Made by a program: the position numbers and the translations under genes
IMG/VR virus record: IMGVR_UViG_3300030328_002383
Source: an uncultured virus (IMG/VR IMGVR_UViG_3300030328_002383)
Lineage: Duplodnaviria; Heunggongvirae; Uroviricota; Caudoviricetes
Direction: 5' to 3' (one strand)
Length of the DNA: 64,000 nucleotides
Part shown: positions 40,716 through 51,861 of the stretch, one piece after another
Position numbering within the stretch: position 1 is the first letter of the stretch
Layout: each line of letters starts with the position of its first letter
Notes under the pieces: generated by a model
The model's input: the letters and a program-made list of their open reading frames with translations, nothing else
Told to the model about the DNA's origin: nothing
The model's database searches: none

Positions 40716-40834
40716 TAGAACCAACCCCCACATTTACCACAAATACTAGGGTGTGCGGGCATCTTTTCACCTGCTCTACCACAAGTACATTTACTATCAT
40801 CATTAAAGATAAAGTCGTTATCTCCGAAAACCAT
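40715..40834 (-). CDS. 39-aa zinc-finger protein (not in ORF track)
   Basis: CTCG...CGKCGG; GGAGG RBS; TAATG overlap. Confidence 0.55.
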   Translation of the reverse strand: MVFGDNDFIFNDDSKCTCGRAGEKMPAHPSICGKCGGWF

Positions 40835-40917
40835 TCACTCTTCCTCCTGTAATACTTTAGCGTTTAATCTACGGGCTTTGTACTTCATATTGTATCTGTA
40901 TCTTTCTGCTGCTTTAG

Positions 40918-41704
40918 TCATTCTACCACCTCTTCTATTATGCTAGGAGATGTTTTCCATACTGAACCACTAGGTATAACTCTTTTACCGTAGCCTCTTC
41001 CGTAACTTCTTTCCTCGGTTGCTTTTATCATAACTGTTTTTGGGTTGATTTTAACTACAACACCTTCCGTCATTTTTCCGTCATTCAGTCTTTCCCTACC
41101 GAATCTTACTTTCATGCCTATTTTAATATCATCTCGATTCATTCTACATCACCTACTGTAAAGATAGTACCCGATGCCATGTGTATGTCGAAACCAGTTC
41201 CTTTGTTTGTCAGAGCATCAATTTGTGTTATGTCAATGCTAGTGTGACCGGAATGGGTGCGGAATAATAAGTACCTATTCGGCGAACCGTTTTGGTAGGC
41301 ATCTTTGCATTCAAGTACAGTTTGTATAAGCATCTGCACATCTCCTGTATTTCTCATCTGTCCGTCAACTAATTTAAGGTCTATACTACTTTTCTTATAT
41401 GGTGTATTGTTTAGTGTCATTCCTCATCACCTCTCGATACAGACACTTTGAACATAGGGGATTCTACAATCTTCCAATTACGTTCCAAATCTTTTTGACT
41501 ATACCATCCTGTTTTGGTGTCCGCATTCCAAAGTATTACGCCCGAATCACATACTTCATATCCTATCACATGAGATATGACACCGTTGTGTTTATTCTTC
41601 AAAACACAATCACGGTAGTCTTTCATCCCTTCCGGTATAGGGGCATTCTTTCTTAATTCATCTTGTTCCTCATGGGTCATTTTAGTTTTACTCATTAGCA
41701 TCAC
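40918..41704 (-). CDS. Three small beta-rich ORFs (40918-41142 SH3/KOW-like, 41139-41420, 41417-41704)
   Basis: IKIGMKVRF...GVVVKINPKTVMIK in the first; ATGA overlaps. Confidence 0.55.
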
Positions 41705-43535
41705 TTCCTGTATTGTTAGCGACTAGGCTTCCACCTTTAAGGGTGTCGCTATCCCTAATTCCTGTTGCTCTTTTTACCTGCTGCAACCACATCTCTTCTC
41801 TGCATTCTTCAATATATTTAACGTGTGAATCTATCTTAGAACAAAAGTTCTTCATGCCATTTTCATAAGCATCCATAACCAATTTACTTTTATCGTAAAT
41901 GTAACTTGCGGTGTCAAGACTCTTTCTATACTTTTGTTCTAACACACTTTCTTTCCCCGTATTAGTAAGGTTGAACACTATCATTTGACATCTTGCTTGA
42001 AACTCTTCTAAGTCTATGTTCTGCCAATGTTGTTCCGATAGCATACTACGATTCTCATTCGGGGCTGAAAGTATTTGTAGGGATTTTACTATATCGTCAT
42101 AGGTTATTTCCCTTTCATCATCGAAGTTAATTGGGGCTGAAAGATAATCATTCGCTGCTTTAGTGTAATTTTCTAGGGCTGAATCAACTGCACTTAGTTG
42201 TTCCATCCTTTCTTCACCCAAGACCTCTTCTGTTAACCCCCAACTTCTTTTTAACGCTGTTCTAAAAGCATTAACTCTTACGAATGTTTCTAAGTCTATA
42301 TCATCACTACCGAAGGCAGTCATACAAGCAGTTATCAAATCCTCCCTAGATTTCTCTATCCTCTCAAGTTTAATTCGAGCATTGGCTATATGTCTACAAT
42401 GATGGTTAGGATGACTGTTACCATCATTATCTCTAAGTCCCCAATATAATTCGTGACCTTCTTCAAACGGGGTTACTAAACGCATAACTTTTAGAGTTCT
42501 CATTACATTAGTATTGATTTCTTCTCTTTCCTTTTTCTTTTTTATTTCAGCGTCAAAGTTAGTTGAATCCTTCAAACAATCAAATAATTCTTCAAATACT
42601 TTCAAGTCTAAAACAAGTGCGTTATCCCACTTTGTATGAGCCGACCTATTAAGTGTGGAAAATATCCCTAAAGACCTTGCACCCTTCCACTCATCTCTCC
42701 TGTAATTTTGATGTTTACCGTGAGTTACTATAAGGTAACGACATTGGGTATTCTTAAGCCTACTCTTCTTTCTAAAATTAGCAACAAATCTTTCCAAGTC
42801 TTTTATAGAGTTTGACAAATATTCATAGTCCAAGTCATCTTCAAGTTTCTTTCTAATATTCCCTTCTATATCAACCAATGTTTTGTCGAACTTAACATGA
42901 TTAGATTCCCAACCGCCTATGTCACGAACACCTTTCAAGCCTAAAGAATGTTGATAATCGTTGTAGTATTGTTTCCAATAATAAATCCTATAACCACTAA
43001 TAGCAGCCTTCAAATCTGTCATAGTGTACTCTAATACTCTTCTTGTATCAAAAGGTACATCTTCATTAATACATCTTCTTGATTCGTACCAAACTTTCCA
43101 GTCTCTTATACTTCTTAAATTATTCATAAAATTGTATAAAGCCCAACTGCCATCCTTTGAGATTGTTGTTGTTTTGTTTGTTACTATATCTTTCATATTC
43201 CAAAGATTTGTTTTATCTAGTTTATACATATTGGCCTTAAAAAGTTTATTACTCAGAAGTTGACCGTTAATCATTCCCCTAGAAAAATCTAGGTATCTAG
43301 GCGATGCACCACTATATCTATCTTCTTTAGCGAGTAATCTATTTTTAGTAATCATTTGTTCAATATCTTTTTTCGCTGTTTCTGCATACGCCCTCATTCT
43401 ATTAGAAGGAACATCTATGTGCTTCAAATGTGAAAAGTCTGTTGTTCTATACACTTGACCGAGAGGGAAAAATAATTCTCCGAGAAGCATATCCGAAGTT
43501 AAATCAATCTTGAAAGTATCTTGTTCACTAATCAT
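41688..43535 (-). CDS. Large hypothetical helical protein (615 aa)
   Basis: Long ORF with no recognised motif. Confidence 0.7.
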   Translation of the reverse strand: MISEQDTFKIDLTSDMLLGELFFPLGQVYRTTDFSHLKHIDVPSNRMRAYAETAKKDIEQMITKNRLLAKEDRYSGASPRYLDFSRGMINGQLLSNKLFKANMYKLDKTNLWNMKDIVTNKTTTISKDGSWALYNFMNNLRSIRDWKVWYESRRCINEDVPFDTRRVLEYTMTDLKAAISGYRIYYWKQYYNDYQHSLGLKGVRDIGGWESNHVKFDKTLVDIEGNIRKKLEDDLDYEYLSNSIKDLERFVANFRKKSRLKNTQCRYLIVTHGKHQNYRRDEWKGARSLGIFSTLNRSAHTKWDNALVLDLKVFEELFDCLKDSTNFDAEIKKKKEREEINTNVMRTLKVMRLVTPFEEGHELYWGLRDNDGNSHPNHHCRHIANARIKLERIEKSREDLITACMTAFGSDDIDLETFVRVNAFRTALKRSWGLTEEVLGEERMEQLSAVDSALENYTKAANDYLSAPINFDDEREITYDDIVKSLQILSAPNENRSMLSEQHWQNIDLEEFQARCQMIVFNLTNTGKESVLEQKYRKSLDTASYIYDKSKLVMDAYENGMKNFCSKIDSHVKYIEECREEMWLQQVKRATGIRDSDTLKGGSLVANNTGSDANE

Positions 43536-44402
43536 AGTAAATCCCTCACATCATCTATACTTACAATCCCCCTATAAATAAGTGGCTTTGTTTGTAGACC
43601 ATCTGTATATTCTAATGTAACAAAGCACTCATCATCTCCATCACACCATGTCCAATCTATTACTCTCATTGTTACTTCTATTGTTTTTGTTTTGTTTCCA
43701 ATCGTACATCTACCTGTTTTTGTTTTCATTCAACCATCTCCTTTTTCATATCAGCAATCATTTTACTTTCTAGTTCTTCGACTCTAGCAACGTAGCAATC
43801 TTTACATAATTGTTTAGGGGAAACTAGACGACTCGCTTTGACATAACCCCATCCCGAATCGTTTATCCAATTAACAAGTTCTTTGTATGCTTCAAGGATA
43901 AGTGGTGCGTCTTGTATGAGTATGGCGTTAGCCTCTATTGTTTCCCCATCATTACCAAAGATATTGATAGCCCAATTCCAATCATTATTATCAAGCATCC
44001 ATTTACCTTCTGTATGTCCTGTGTATTTGTCTGTATCAATCATGTGATGAGTTTTAACATCTATATCTATCCATATGTTACCTAATGTTGGTGGATAATT
44101 TTTATAGTTTTCATTACCACCACCTTCATAATTACCATCTAAGATTTTAGGGTCTACATAACCTATACTGGGTCGGCATTTTACACAATTTAATTTTTCT
44201 GCGTAACTCATTGTTCCACCGCCCTCAACGAAGCCTCATAGCCTCTAGGCATCCAAACTTTACCCGACCAAAACCATTTGCCCATTTTTTCTGACAATTC
44301 ATGGTGTTTGTAAGCGTGTGCAATAAACACTTGCTCACCATTCGGTTTTATCAATACCAATTCTCCTACTTCTTGCTGTAACTGCTTTCTTCCTTTATTC
44401 AT
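43532..44402 (-). CDS. Three small early ORFs (43532-43729, 43726-44211, 44208-44402)
   Basis: The middle ORF has the common phage motif GHTEGKW...EANAILIQDAPLILEA. Confidence 0.55.
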
Positions 44403-44530
44403 TTTATCACTTCCGTATTTTCTGAGGGTATTCTCCCCTCTCGTTCTAAATTAGGGGTTTCCGGTACATAAGCCCTTTCCTTCGGCCAATACGTTTTTCC
44501 TTGATTATAGTACACTTCTTGAGTTTTCAT

Positions 44531-44971
44531 TTATTCCCACCCCTCTATTACATCTATTCTCATTTTTTCAATATCATATACTTTACCTGCTAAAGTAATT
44601 TTATCTAGTCCTCTTATTCCATCGTGAACTTCTATACCTTTCTTTCTTCGGTAACTCGGTGTTCCGAACTCTCTATCAATACGCCTTTCATTCTTTATCT
44701 GTTTGAGTATGCCTACTCTGAAATCAACGTGTAACTCATTTAGTTTAACGTGTAATATATTTCTTTGTAAACTGTTTGGTAACTTTTTAATTTCCGCTAA
44801 GAAATCAACATGGGTTTGATATTGTTCTTGCGTATTTTTGACATTAACTAGGTCATACAAAGTACCATTAGGATGAATAACATTCTTTCTACAACATTCT
44901 AGTTTTACCAATAATTCCTCACATATTCCTCTTTCTAGGTCATTTTTGACAAAAGAAAACATCAGAGCCAC
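44531..44971 (-). CDS. Hypothetical protein, paralog of 44962..45363
   Basis: Shared C-terminal D.ITLAGKV...GW. Confidence 0.6.
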   Translation of the reverse strand: MALMFSFVKNDLERGICEELLVKLECCRKNVIHPNGTLYDLVNVKNTQEQYQTHVDFLAEIKKLPNSLQRNILHVKLNELHVDFRVGILKQIKNERRIDREFGTPSYRRKKGIEVHDGIRGLDKITLAGKVYDIEKMRIDVIEGWE

Positions 44972-45363
44972 CCCGCCTGTATGTCTAACATCGTTGAACG
45001 CACTTTGAATACTTTACCTGCTAAAGTAATTGTATCTATCTTTTGTCCGTCACAATAACCAGTTTCTTTAAGTTGTTTTTTCAAACGTCTTGTCATAGCG
45101 GTTTGGATTTCTATGTATAGAGTTTTTATTTTACGCTTTAATCTTGGTCTTGCGATAGAAGGTGGGTATTCTAACTCTCTGATACTTTTACGCCAATCAT
45201 ACGCAGTACAGTTTTTTGCGAAGTTGGGGTATCTTTGACAAACTTCGGACTCGGTGTTAATTTGCATATCTTTCAAGTAAACCAAATCTCGGATATTACC
45301 ATTAGTATGAAATATCTTCTCATAGCATTTTTGTATGCCAGTTTCTATTTCCTCGATACTCAT
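44962..45363 (-). CDS. Hypothetical protein, paralog of 44531..44971
   Basis: Shared C-terminal D.ITLAGKV...GW. Confidence 0.6.
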   Translation of the reverse strand: MSIEEIETGIQKCYEKIFHTNGNIRDLVYLKDMQINTESEVCQRYPNFAKNCTAYDWRKSIRELEYPPSIARPRLKRKIKTLYIEIQTAMTRRLKKQLKETGYCDGQKIDTITLAGKVFKVRSTMLDIQAGWL

Positions 45364-45962
45364 TCCACATCACCTACCATCATATCACCTATGTGCATAG
45401 GCGGTTCATTATGTCCAAACGCTTTTATGAAAGTTTCTGAACAAACGATTTCTTCGTATTGTTCGCTAGTAAGAACAGGCCAGTCCATATTAACATATTT
45501 TTTAGAGGGTATTTGATTTTCTATTATCTTTATAGCCCAATCATCAGATTCTTTACAGTTGAGAACATAATTATAATCTATGTCAACATCAGCATCTTGT
45601 AGGCTTGAAACTAGGCTTTGGGTTGCATGGGCAGCCATGTTCATTACAAATGTTTTAGGGTCTATTCTACTTACATTAGTTTTGAAGTTTATATCTTGCA
45701 TACGTTGTAACGATTCAATAGTTTTGTAGTATTTATGAAAGTTCGGCATAAGGGTTGCATAGTAATCATACAAATGATGAATCCTAATTTGTATTTCTTT
45801 GAGGGACATATCATTCATGTTTTGTATGCCACAAGTCTCGGCTACTCTAGCCATTTCAAAACTTTGATAAACTTTTGCTTCATCTTCTGTGGCTATCGGA
45901 AAACCTCTCGATGTATTGATTAATCCTGTTGAGTATTTTCTTACAGATACTTCCAACGGCAT
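45360..45962 (-). CDS. Hypothetical protein
   Basis: GGAGG RBS; packed ORF. Confidence 0.6.
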   Translation of the reverse strand: MPLEVSVRKYSTGLINTSRGFPIATEDEAKVYQSFEMARVAETCGIQNMNDMSLKEIQIRIHHLYDYYATLMPNFHKYYKTIESLQRMQDINFKTNVSRIDPKTFVMNMAAHATQSLVSSLQDADVDIDYNYVLNCKESDDWAIKIIENQIPSKKYVNMDWPVLTSEQYEEIVCSETFIKAFGHNEPPMHIGDMMVGDVE

Positions 45963-45963
45963 T

Positions 45964-46236
45964 TTAATCGTGCCTCCTACCTGCGTGTGGCAAATCTATA
46001 TCTTTGATAGGCCATATAGTTTTTATAGATTTTAGTTCTTTTTCAGAGAAGTAACCCAACTCTTCTTCAAAGCCTTGAACCAATCCAAAGTGAACACCAT
46101 CTTCATTTAGTTCTGTGGCGAACCAATACCAACCGGACATTGATTCCCAACCCTTGAGAACTAGGGCATCTTTATCCATAAACGGCGAGGTCAAAAATAG
46201 TTTACCCATCTTTGTAACTAACTTTGTGTTACTCAA
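45964..46236 (-). CDS. DUF2958-like protein
   Basis: GWYWFATE...FGLVQGFEEELGYFSEKEL. Confidence 0.75.
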   Translation of the reverse strand: MSNTKLVTKMGKLFLTSPFMDKDALVLKGWESMSGWYWFATELNEDGVHFGLVQGFEEELGYFSEKELKSIKTIWPIKDIDLPHAGRRHD

Positions 46237-46592
46237 AGGTCATCCCTCCCATGACCTGCCTCATCATAAAGTGGTTTAGCAAGTTTGTCAAATCTATCTA
46301 CGGTTAAAGTAGTTTTCATTTCTGGATATTCCCAATCTCTCGCTACTACCATCATGTAAGTAGGCACAGTCTTTCCATATTCTTTACTTTTTTCTACTAA
46401 GGCAACTTTATCTCTCCAATCCATTTCCATAAAGACCCAAATGTTTTGCATAAAATTAGGTGCAACACTTTCGTCTGCGTCTGTCCCTATTAATTTGTGG
46501 TTATCCATGTAAGCGATAAAACCTTCTATAATCGCGGAATCGTAAGCAGGTATATTTCTTACTATTGCACGACTCAAAGAGATTCCTCCCAC
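46233..46592 (-). CDS. Hypothetical protein
   Basis: Co-directional ORF; start uncertain. Confidence 0.5.
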   Translation of the reverse strand: MGGISLSRAIVRNIPAYDSAIIEGFIAYMDNHKLIGTDADESVAPNFMQNIWVFMEMDWRDKVALVEKSKEYGKTVPTYMMVVARDWEYPEMKTTLTVDRFDKLAKPLYDEAGHGRDDL

Positions 46593-46823
46593 AAGTATTC
46601 GTCAATCATTTTCTTTTTTCTGTCAATCGTCATATTTTTTTGTTTTGCATTTTTCATTTTCAATTCCTCCTAAAAGTTATTTTAATGGTGATAGTAATTT
46701 CTCACAATCACTTTCCACCGACAGCCCGATTTTTGAATCGAGCGAATCGTATGGGTTTGTGAGATGCCCCCTGCGAGATAGACCCGCAGAGGGTTTTGAA
46801 AGTCCGACTCAAACTCTAAGAGT

Positions 46824-47906
46824 TTAGGTGTTAGCGACCAGTTCGATTGCTAGTTCCCAACCTTTCCTCTTTTGCCTTGCACCTTGACCGAAGAGGGATG
46901 ATTCTTGCTTCTTCATCATAACCGCTTGCATCTTTGCATCATCGGCATTTGCTTTGCCGTCACGCACCGCTTTAGGTACAGTTTCAACATGGTCTAGGTA
47001 TTCTGTAAGAGCATTGTAAGCAGCCCATAGAGTACCTGCCATTTTTCCTACACGGTTGGTTTTCTTCTCAAGTAGTTTTTCGCATTCTAAGATTTTATTC
47101 AATCCTTTGGTTGAGTATTGGAATGAACCATCGGGTTGCTCTTTTGTTTCTACCCCTAAAGCATTTGCGAAGTATTCACGCATCTCAGATTTTTTCATCT
47201 TGATGCTTAGCATAGATTCAGCATCAGCACCCCACTCATCAAACTCATCTACCATCAATCCAAGTACCTTACGAACCTCGTCAACTTTTGAATGTACTTT
47301 ACCAGTATGTCTAACACTATGACCTTGACCGCCACTTTGATTTAGAGCCATCGTTAAAGTATTATTACATACCACCCGTATAGGTGTAAGCATGAACTTA
47401 ATTGCACCCGAACCATCATGTGTATTGCTGATTAAGATGTAACAGTCAATTTTATCTTTACCCATTAATTTAACTTGATAAGGAATCTTTGCTAAGACCC
47501 AAACTCTTTCACCATTACCTAATGCACCACATACCTCAATCTTTGCCTCTTGACAATTTGTAAGTTCGTCTAAGAACTCAAACGCTTCAAAGTTCTGGAA
47601 TGGTTTCCATACTCGACCGACAGTTTTGCCGCCCTTTGTAAGTGATACCATGTCGCCGTCTAAGTCTCTACGGAATACACCGAAAGTATCGGGTACTACA
47701 ACGTGTCTCTTGTTTTGTTCGTCATACACTTGAAGCGGTATTTTTTCTACAAGCCAGTTGAGACGTGCCGCTTCTAACGCCTCTGTTCCTGTCATTAGTT
47801 CAGAACCAAAGTTCTGTCCTAATCCATGCCAAGGGGTGTCCCCCGACCATGCTGTCATCCATTCATCTTCACTATTTTTTGCTAACTGATGTGCCATTTT
47901 TTTCAC
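46824..47906 (-). CDS. DUF932/TIGR03299-family phage/plasmid protein
   Basis: PWHGLG, LNWLVEK, PFQNFEAF, GALGNGERVW, NTHDGS, TPIRVVCNNTL, RHT, GTLWAAYNALTEYLDH. Confidence 0.9.
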   Translation of the reverse strand: MKKMAHQLAKNSEDEWMTAWSGDTPWHGLGQNFGSELMTGTEALEAARLNWLVEKIPLQVYDEQNKRHVVVPDTFGVFRRDLDGDMVSLTKGGKTVGRVWKPFQNFEAFEFLDELTNCQEAKIEVCGALGNGERVWVLAKIPYQVKLMGKDKIDCYILISNTHDGSGAIKFMLTPIRVVCNNTLTMALNQSGGQGHSVRHTGKVHSKVDEVRKVLGLMVDEFDEWGADAESMLSIKMKKSEMREYFANALGVETKEQPDGSFQYSTKGLNKILECEKLLEKKTNRVGKMAGTLWAAYNALTEYLDHVETVPKAVRDGKANADDAKMQAVMMKKQESSLFGQGARQKRKGWELAIELVANT

Positions 47907-48066
47907 TTCCTTTATTTTTTTGTTTTTTTTGTGGTTGCCATTTTTTTCGCTAACCTGTTGAGACTGGCAAGTCTCTTAGTTTGGTGGCAAATCCGGCTGC
48001 CCCTAATATTAATTAGGGGTTGCCGATATTTAACCTTACCGTTTTAGTTTTGAGGTGAATCTATTT

Positions 48067-50168
48067 TTAATCACCTCTCTGTAATTTTTCTATTCGCTTT
48101 TTTTCTTTTTCCACCAAGTCCCAAGCCTCACCCATTAACTTGCCGTGAGTAAACTGTCTGTCTGTGCCTTTGTGTTTTGCCCAGTAGATTTCATCCGCTT
48201 TGCTTATCCAGTTCCTAAGGTCTTGTGCGTGGTTTTTTTGTATCTCAAGTTCTTTGCGTAAATCATCAATGATGTCTTGAAGCATCATCGAATTACCGTC
48301 AAATGCTTTCATCATTAAATTAAGTTGTTTTGTGACTTCCTCAATTCTTTTTTGCGTATTTCGGCTATGCCTTATTCGAGGTGGTGGGTCTTTGCTGCTA
48401 GGCCAACCAGAGAAGTTCACCCTAAAGGTATCACTATGATGAGTTTTGATTCTAAAGTCAAAACCCTCTAACACTTCGCTCGCTGTTGGTTCATTTTCAT
48501 TTTTTTCTGTATTCATTTATTCTTCCTCCTTGTAATTATGTCGTGCCAGATATTGTTGTAATGGTTGTAGATAACTTGAGAATCCGCATCTAGTCGCACA
48601 TTTGTAACAATAATTTCTGGAATAACTTTCGCCAGTTTCATTAGATTGAACAATTACTTTTAGGGTTGTTCTATTTGAGCAATCGAAACGGTCACACTCA
48701 AACTCAGAAACTTTATCGGCAAATAATCTAACATCTCTTTGGTACAATATTTTTGAGATTTCTTTAATGAAAAACCGAGGATTATTTTTTACATAATCCG
48801 CGATAAATAGATTGGACATGATATGACCTAATTGGTTGTAAGGTAAAATAGGGTCAAATCTTTCTTTCATCAGAGTAACCCCCCAAATGGATTACAATCT
48901 TCTGAGCATACGCCCCATTGATTTCCTAGAGCAGCATGATTACGACCCGAAGGTGTATCAATTTTAGGATATTTGATTTCACAATTACAGAAAGGGCAAA
49001 TCTCTTTTTTCCTAACCATTCAAATCCACCTCGCATCAGATAATCGGCGTGGTGCTTTTTTGATAGGACAGATGTAAACCAAACCGACCCTAGTTTTTTT
49101 CAAGGTTAAAGTATTTATGTCAATTCCATTGATACGAAGTTCTCTAGTCACAATCGGATGAACCATTATGTGAAGTGATAATGAGGAGGGATTTTCACCC
49201 TCACTCATTTTCTTTCACCCCGAACAAATCTTCTAAAACTTGTGAGGCCAAATCTGATTCAGCATCTCGGGCGGACAGATAAGCCGAATCTGCACCGGAT
49301 TCATATTCATTTTTCAGCCTTATGAAATCTTGAGCCTTTGCTTCTACTTTGTCAAGATTGACAACTTCGATTTTTCTTGATGCTAGATATTTCTCAAGAT
49401 ATTTTTCTTTAGCGGCTAAAACAATTTTATGTCTCAAATCACTTTCAAGCATAGTGAACATTGTAAAAGGACAAGGGCAACCCATTTGAGTTTTTGGCAG
49501 CCCTGCTATTTTCATTTTGAAATGACTTGTCATATCGTAGGGAGAATCCGAGTTTGCATCGGTAAGAATATCAATCAGATTTTTGTTGTTGAGATAATCA
49601 ACAACCATCTGAAAGACCATAGTATCATAAGCGTGAATATCTTGAATTACCACACTCACTTTCTTCTTTTCTTCCTTCATTGAACCACCTCGTAAGCAAG
49701 AGCAACCTTGCCGAATACTGCTTCAAAGTTATCATCTACTGCTGCCTCATACACGCCCCCGCGTGTGCGTTTTTCATAGACAGGATGTCCGTTGTTATCT
49801 CTGATAACCCAAGTGTCAACATTCGTTTTTTCCAGATTTACTTCAACTCTGAAAACCGTATTCATATCAATGCTCATATGTGGTCGGTATAATGAATCTA
49901 GTGCGTCAGTCTCTTGACGACATTCATTACAAAGGGTTGCCGGATAGATTCGGTCTGATGACAAATCTATATTCTTAGTAACTAGGATAACATGAGTTCT
50001 CCTAAACTTCGGGGGGTCAATGTTGAATGAACAACAAGAACAGATGAAAGGTCTATGCCTCTCATGGAAGTAAGTCTTTTTCATAACTTCTTCCAACACC
50101 TCCTTTGAAGGTGCAATCGTTGGTGTGCCTTTCATGGCCGCCTCATACACAGGTTTTTCAATTCCCAT
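48067..50168 (-). CDS. Six early ORFs: 48067-48516, 48517-48870 (Zn finger), 48870-49019 (Cys-rich, not in track), 49020-49208, 49201-49680, 49677-50168 (CSCC...CNEC)
   Basis: Packed co-directional ORFs following TTTATTAA near 50195. Confidence 0.55.
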
Positions 50169-50199
50169 ATATATAGAGAACGATGTCCCTTAATAAAGG

Positions 50200-51860
50200 T
50201 ATCGCCTCCCTGCATCATGCGTTTTTGGCCTATTTTGGCTATTTTCGTTAATTTCCCTCTTTTTTTCTACAAATCGTAAAAATGAGATATTTTATTTACA
50301 TGGTCTAAATGATTTTGTGACTATTTTTCTTTTGTGACATGGAGATTTTTAGATTAATCTCTGATTAAAACGCGATTTGATATTTAGATTTTATTTTCTT
50401 ACCTAATCTGTCTGGATATTTCTTATCATCCTGAAAGTAACTCTCTTTAGGCTGTATTCTAAACGTAGATACAAACCTACTTTTAATTTAATAGTTGAAC
50501 TAATAATACTTTCAACTCTAATCAAGATAATCTAAGAAAACCTTACTTCATTCACTAGGTCATTCAGTTTTTTCAGATTTGCTACTTTTACCTTGAAAGA
50601 AGATTTTTTCTACAACTCTGATTTTGTGACTATTTTCATTTTGGGACTAATTTACTTTTGAGACTATTTTACTTTTGAGACTAATTTACTTATGTGACTA
50701 TTTTCATTTTGTGACTTTTTTGGATTTGTGACTATTTTGCTTTTGTGACTATTTTACTTTTGTGACTTTTTTGCTTTTGTGACTTTTTTTTATTTGTGAC
50801 CTTTTTTGTCACATAAGCCTTTTGTGACTATTTCAAAAAAAAAGTTTAGGCAGCCCTAAAACACAAATAGTCACAAAAAATCGCCAAATAGTCTCATTTT
50901 TTTGTCACAAAAGATTTTTTCAAAACAGGCTCGCAGTACAGCGTTTATTTTCCTTTTGTGACATTTTGGGTAGCATTTCCGTGTGGTATATGCAATTCAA
51001 AAATGAAAACAAAAATGTCACAAAAAAGTTTTGATACCCAAATATACCACAATTAAAACCTAAAAAACGCTGTACTGCGGCGGTGCAAAAAGTAAACCGC
51101 CTAATTGTGGTATTTTTTTCTTTTGTGACTATTTTTTCCAGTTTACTTTTTACACCACCCTTTTGTGACTTTTAGTTTTAATTTTTAGGCTGCCCTAAAT
51201 CTTTTTTTTGTCACAAAAGCATTTTTGTCACGATTTCCTTTTGTGACTATTTCAACATCTTTTGTGACTATTTCACCTATATTTCAGAAATTGCTTTTGT
51301 GACTATTAATTATTAAAAAATCCAGAAAAATTATTAATTATCATACATTGAAAAATCATAAAAGCAGGTTCAAAGGGGTATGAAAAAAAAAGGCCAAAAA
51401 TTACCGGAAACCGGAAATGAAAGGGGTGTAAAAACTACACCGAAAAAACCCCCAAATTAGCCCAAAATCAAAGATTAATGAAAAACTAATGTTAAAAAAA
51501 ACAAAAAACCCAGAAATTAGCCCAAAAACGCACATTGATAAAAAACCCAAAAAGTGCGAAATTAGGCTAGAATACAACAAAATGTCCGCCTCGCATCCGC
51601 AGTACATCGAATAGAAAAAAAACGCTGTACTGAAACGGTGAGAAAACTACACCGAAAAAAAACCTTCGGGAGAAACTGGGGTCATTTCCGGTATTCGTAC
51701 CTCAAAAAAAACCGTTATACTGCATATCAAAAAGTGCGAAATTAGCCCAAAAACGAGGTCGAGACTACTATAAAGTAAAGGAAGATTCCAGAAAGCAACG
51801 GTTGACGAATTATAACCGGAAATGCAAAACCTAAATTGAAAAAAAATAAGGAGGAAAAAA
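50200..51860. other. 1.7-kb non-coding AT-rich control region (candidate replication origin and/or genome terminus)
   Basis: No credible ORFs; many direct and inverted TGTGAC/GTCACA copies; T-rich to A-rich switch; lies between divergent gene blocks. Confidence 0.7.
50622..50808 (+). repeat. Tandem array of 11 x 17-bp units (consensus TTTTGTGACTATTTTAC)
   Basis: Units start at 50622, 50639, 50656, 50673, 50690, 50707, 50724, 50741, 50758, 50775, 50792. Confidence 0.95.
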
Positions 51861-51861
51861 T

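Noticed and set aside
46700..46822. tRNA gene
   Set aside because: No cloverleaf, T-loop consensus or acceptor stem; no tRNA was recognised anywhere in the window
50622..50808. Possible CRISPR array
   Set aside because: Units are contiguous 17-mers with no unique spacers, and there is no cas operon
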